A DNA stretch of 63,586 bases, filler included, from Asterionella formosa (lineage: Eukaryota): NCBI GenBank assembly GCA_002256025.1. It is 7 parts of 7 records of this genome, joined end to end, with 100 filler letters (N's around TTAATTAATTAA, not from the genome) between each part and the next. Parts side by side here need not be neighbours in the genome. Positions count along the whole stretch, not along the records: positions 61,914 to 63,586 come from NKIB01001549.1; 6 more parts are not named here. One strand, given 5' to 3'. Positions 62,069 to 63,586 of this stretch are shown piece after piece; the first letter of the stretch is position 1, and each line of letters opens with the position of its first letter. A program made the translations under genes and the position numbers. The notes under the pieces were generated by a model. The model worked only from the letters and a program-made list of their open reading frames with translations, made no database searches and had not been told where the DNA came from.

Positions 62069-63586
62069 TGCGATGCCGCAGCTAATATGTGTGATTGTGC
62101 TTGTGTGTGAGTGTGTGTTTACGCATTGCATTGCATTACATTACGCATCACTCCATGTTTGCCTTGTGTGTGTTGTCAATTCACCCCCCCCTCCCCAAAA
62201 ACTATACACAGTATATATAATCTATCTATACTTGTTGGTACACTTGTACACACTGGTACACTCCCCCTAATATTTGTATATTTAAATTAAAGTACACATA
62301 TGCAACAACCAAAACAAACCATGAAAGGTTTAAAATGCAAAATGCGTTTCTTACTCTCCCACCTCTATAATAACTAACCAATATCAATTCAACATCGGGA
62401 GTCTTAGACTACTTGGACTTGGTTGGACTTTGATATTCTGGTATTTCGTTTCGCTTGTTACCCCCCCTTATATTTCCTATATTGTTCTTAATTAAGTAAA
62501 AAGCTTAAATAAAAGAAACGCCCACCCTGTTGTGCTTCTCCTTCAGTACTATAAAAACACATGAAGAAAAATTATGTCTATCAAACATCGAAATCCGGGT
62601 TTTTTCATGTGCACAATCCTGGTAAGACAATACACAACAATCAACCACAAAGATGGAAACTACTTGGCCATACTTCAACTTGGCCGTAATTCTATTACAG
62701 GAATAAATCCGGGTTTCTTCATGTGCAGCAACCCCTCCCCTGGCCAGGAGGGCAGGGGATGTGCCATCAGTAGGCCTGTGGAAGGAGGCACGGATGTTGC
62801 CCCCTCACGGGATGGAAACTTGGCCTCCACCGGAAACGTGGTTAAACTATCTCACCGAAATGTGGCAAAACTAGGTGGGTGGGATAGGATTCTTGATGCT
62901 ATGGGTTCCACCGGAAACGTGGTTAAACTATCTCACCGACCCCTCACGGGATGGAAACTTGGCCGTAGTTGAGGGGCCCTCTCCCTTGATGTGTTGGCGG
63001 AATCTGCGTATTTCGTCCACACAAGGTGACCAATGTCCATCCACGAGCTGATAGGATCCACCGGAAACGTGGTTAAACTATCTCACCGAAATGTGGCAAA
63101 ACTAGGTGGGTGGGATAGGATTCTTGATGCTATGGGTGGCATGCACTGGAGTTCTGTCTCCTACCCCACTCCCACCTGAGTATTCACTATCATGACTACT
63201 CGCGGGACCTCTCTCTAAGCCTGGCAGGCCGAGATGCGGTTCCGGGCACGGGGAGACCAAAAAAGTGCCGAAACAAACACGTGCTTCGACAAATTATAGG
63301 AATCGACGGAGTGTCGTTCCACCCGCAGCTCCTCGGGGGCTGAACCAAGAAATTGGGACAGCTGAATTTGTGCAGGAGACTCCCACCGGAAACGTGGTTA
63401 AACTATCTCACCGATCCACCGGAAACGTGGTTAAACTATCTCACCGAAATGTGGCAAAACTAGGTGGGTGGGATAGGATTCTTGATGCTATGGGTGGCAT
63501 GCACTGGAGTTCTGTCTCCTACCCCACTCCCACCTGAGTATTCACTATCATGACTACTCGCGGGACCTCTCTCTAAGCCTGGCAGG
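62069..63586 (+). repeat. rDNA 3'ETS/intergenic spacer with nested subrepeats
   Basis: Follows the 28S end. The 33-bp YCCACCGGAAACGTGGTTAAACTATCTCACCGA occurs at 62826, 62907, 63057, 63382 and 63415; a 358-bp higher-order period runs from 63057 to 63415. Confidence 0.85.

Noticed and set aside
62826..63447. CRISPR-like 33-bp direct repeats
   Set aside because: Spacers are 0-292 bp and partly repeated, there are no cas genes, and the array lies right after 28S rRNA, so these are IGS subrepeats.

Overview
This window is eukaryotic nuclear DNA, most likely from a diatom. The evidence is short GT-AG introns, ASAFAP-like plastid presequences, a PGRL1 homolog, and Copia, Crypton and PIF/Harbinger transposons. 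It is not one contiguous locus: seven contigs are joined by six artificial 100-nt linkers (N44-TTAATTAATTAA-N44). Host genes include a multipass membrane protein, RPL27, a likely thylakoid-lumen protein, a GT92-like glycosyltransferase, V-ATPase subunit B, a plastid membrane protein, NTAN1, a frameshifted PGRL1 fragment and several hypothetical proteins. These gene islands alternate with large blocks of decayed transposons: Tc1/IS630-like, PIF/Harbinger, a Ginger-like element with TIRs and a 4-bp TSD, two Cryptons, a Copia LTR element, LINE remnants and a MITE. The last contig holds the 3' end of 28S rRNA and the IGS subrepeats. The strongest leads are (i) a tRNA-headed SINE-like insert that splits a Crypton reading frame, (ii) a low-complexity protein with repeated G-[FI]-G-A-x-[YF]-L-x-G-L motifs, (iii) palindromic (GGTACCW)n arrays upstream of genes and at gene/transposon borders, and (iv) a 1.55-kb contig with identical ends. 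I cannot demonstrate a new multi-gene system from the sequence alone. All family assignments are motif recognition by eye, with no database searches run.
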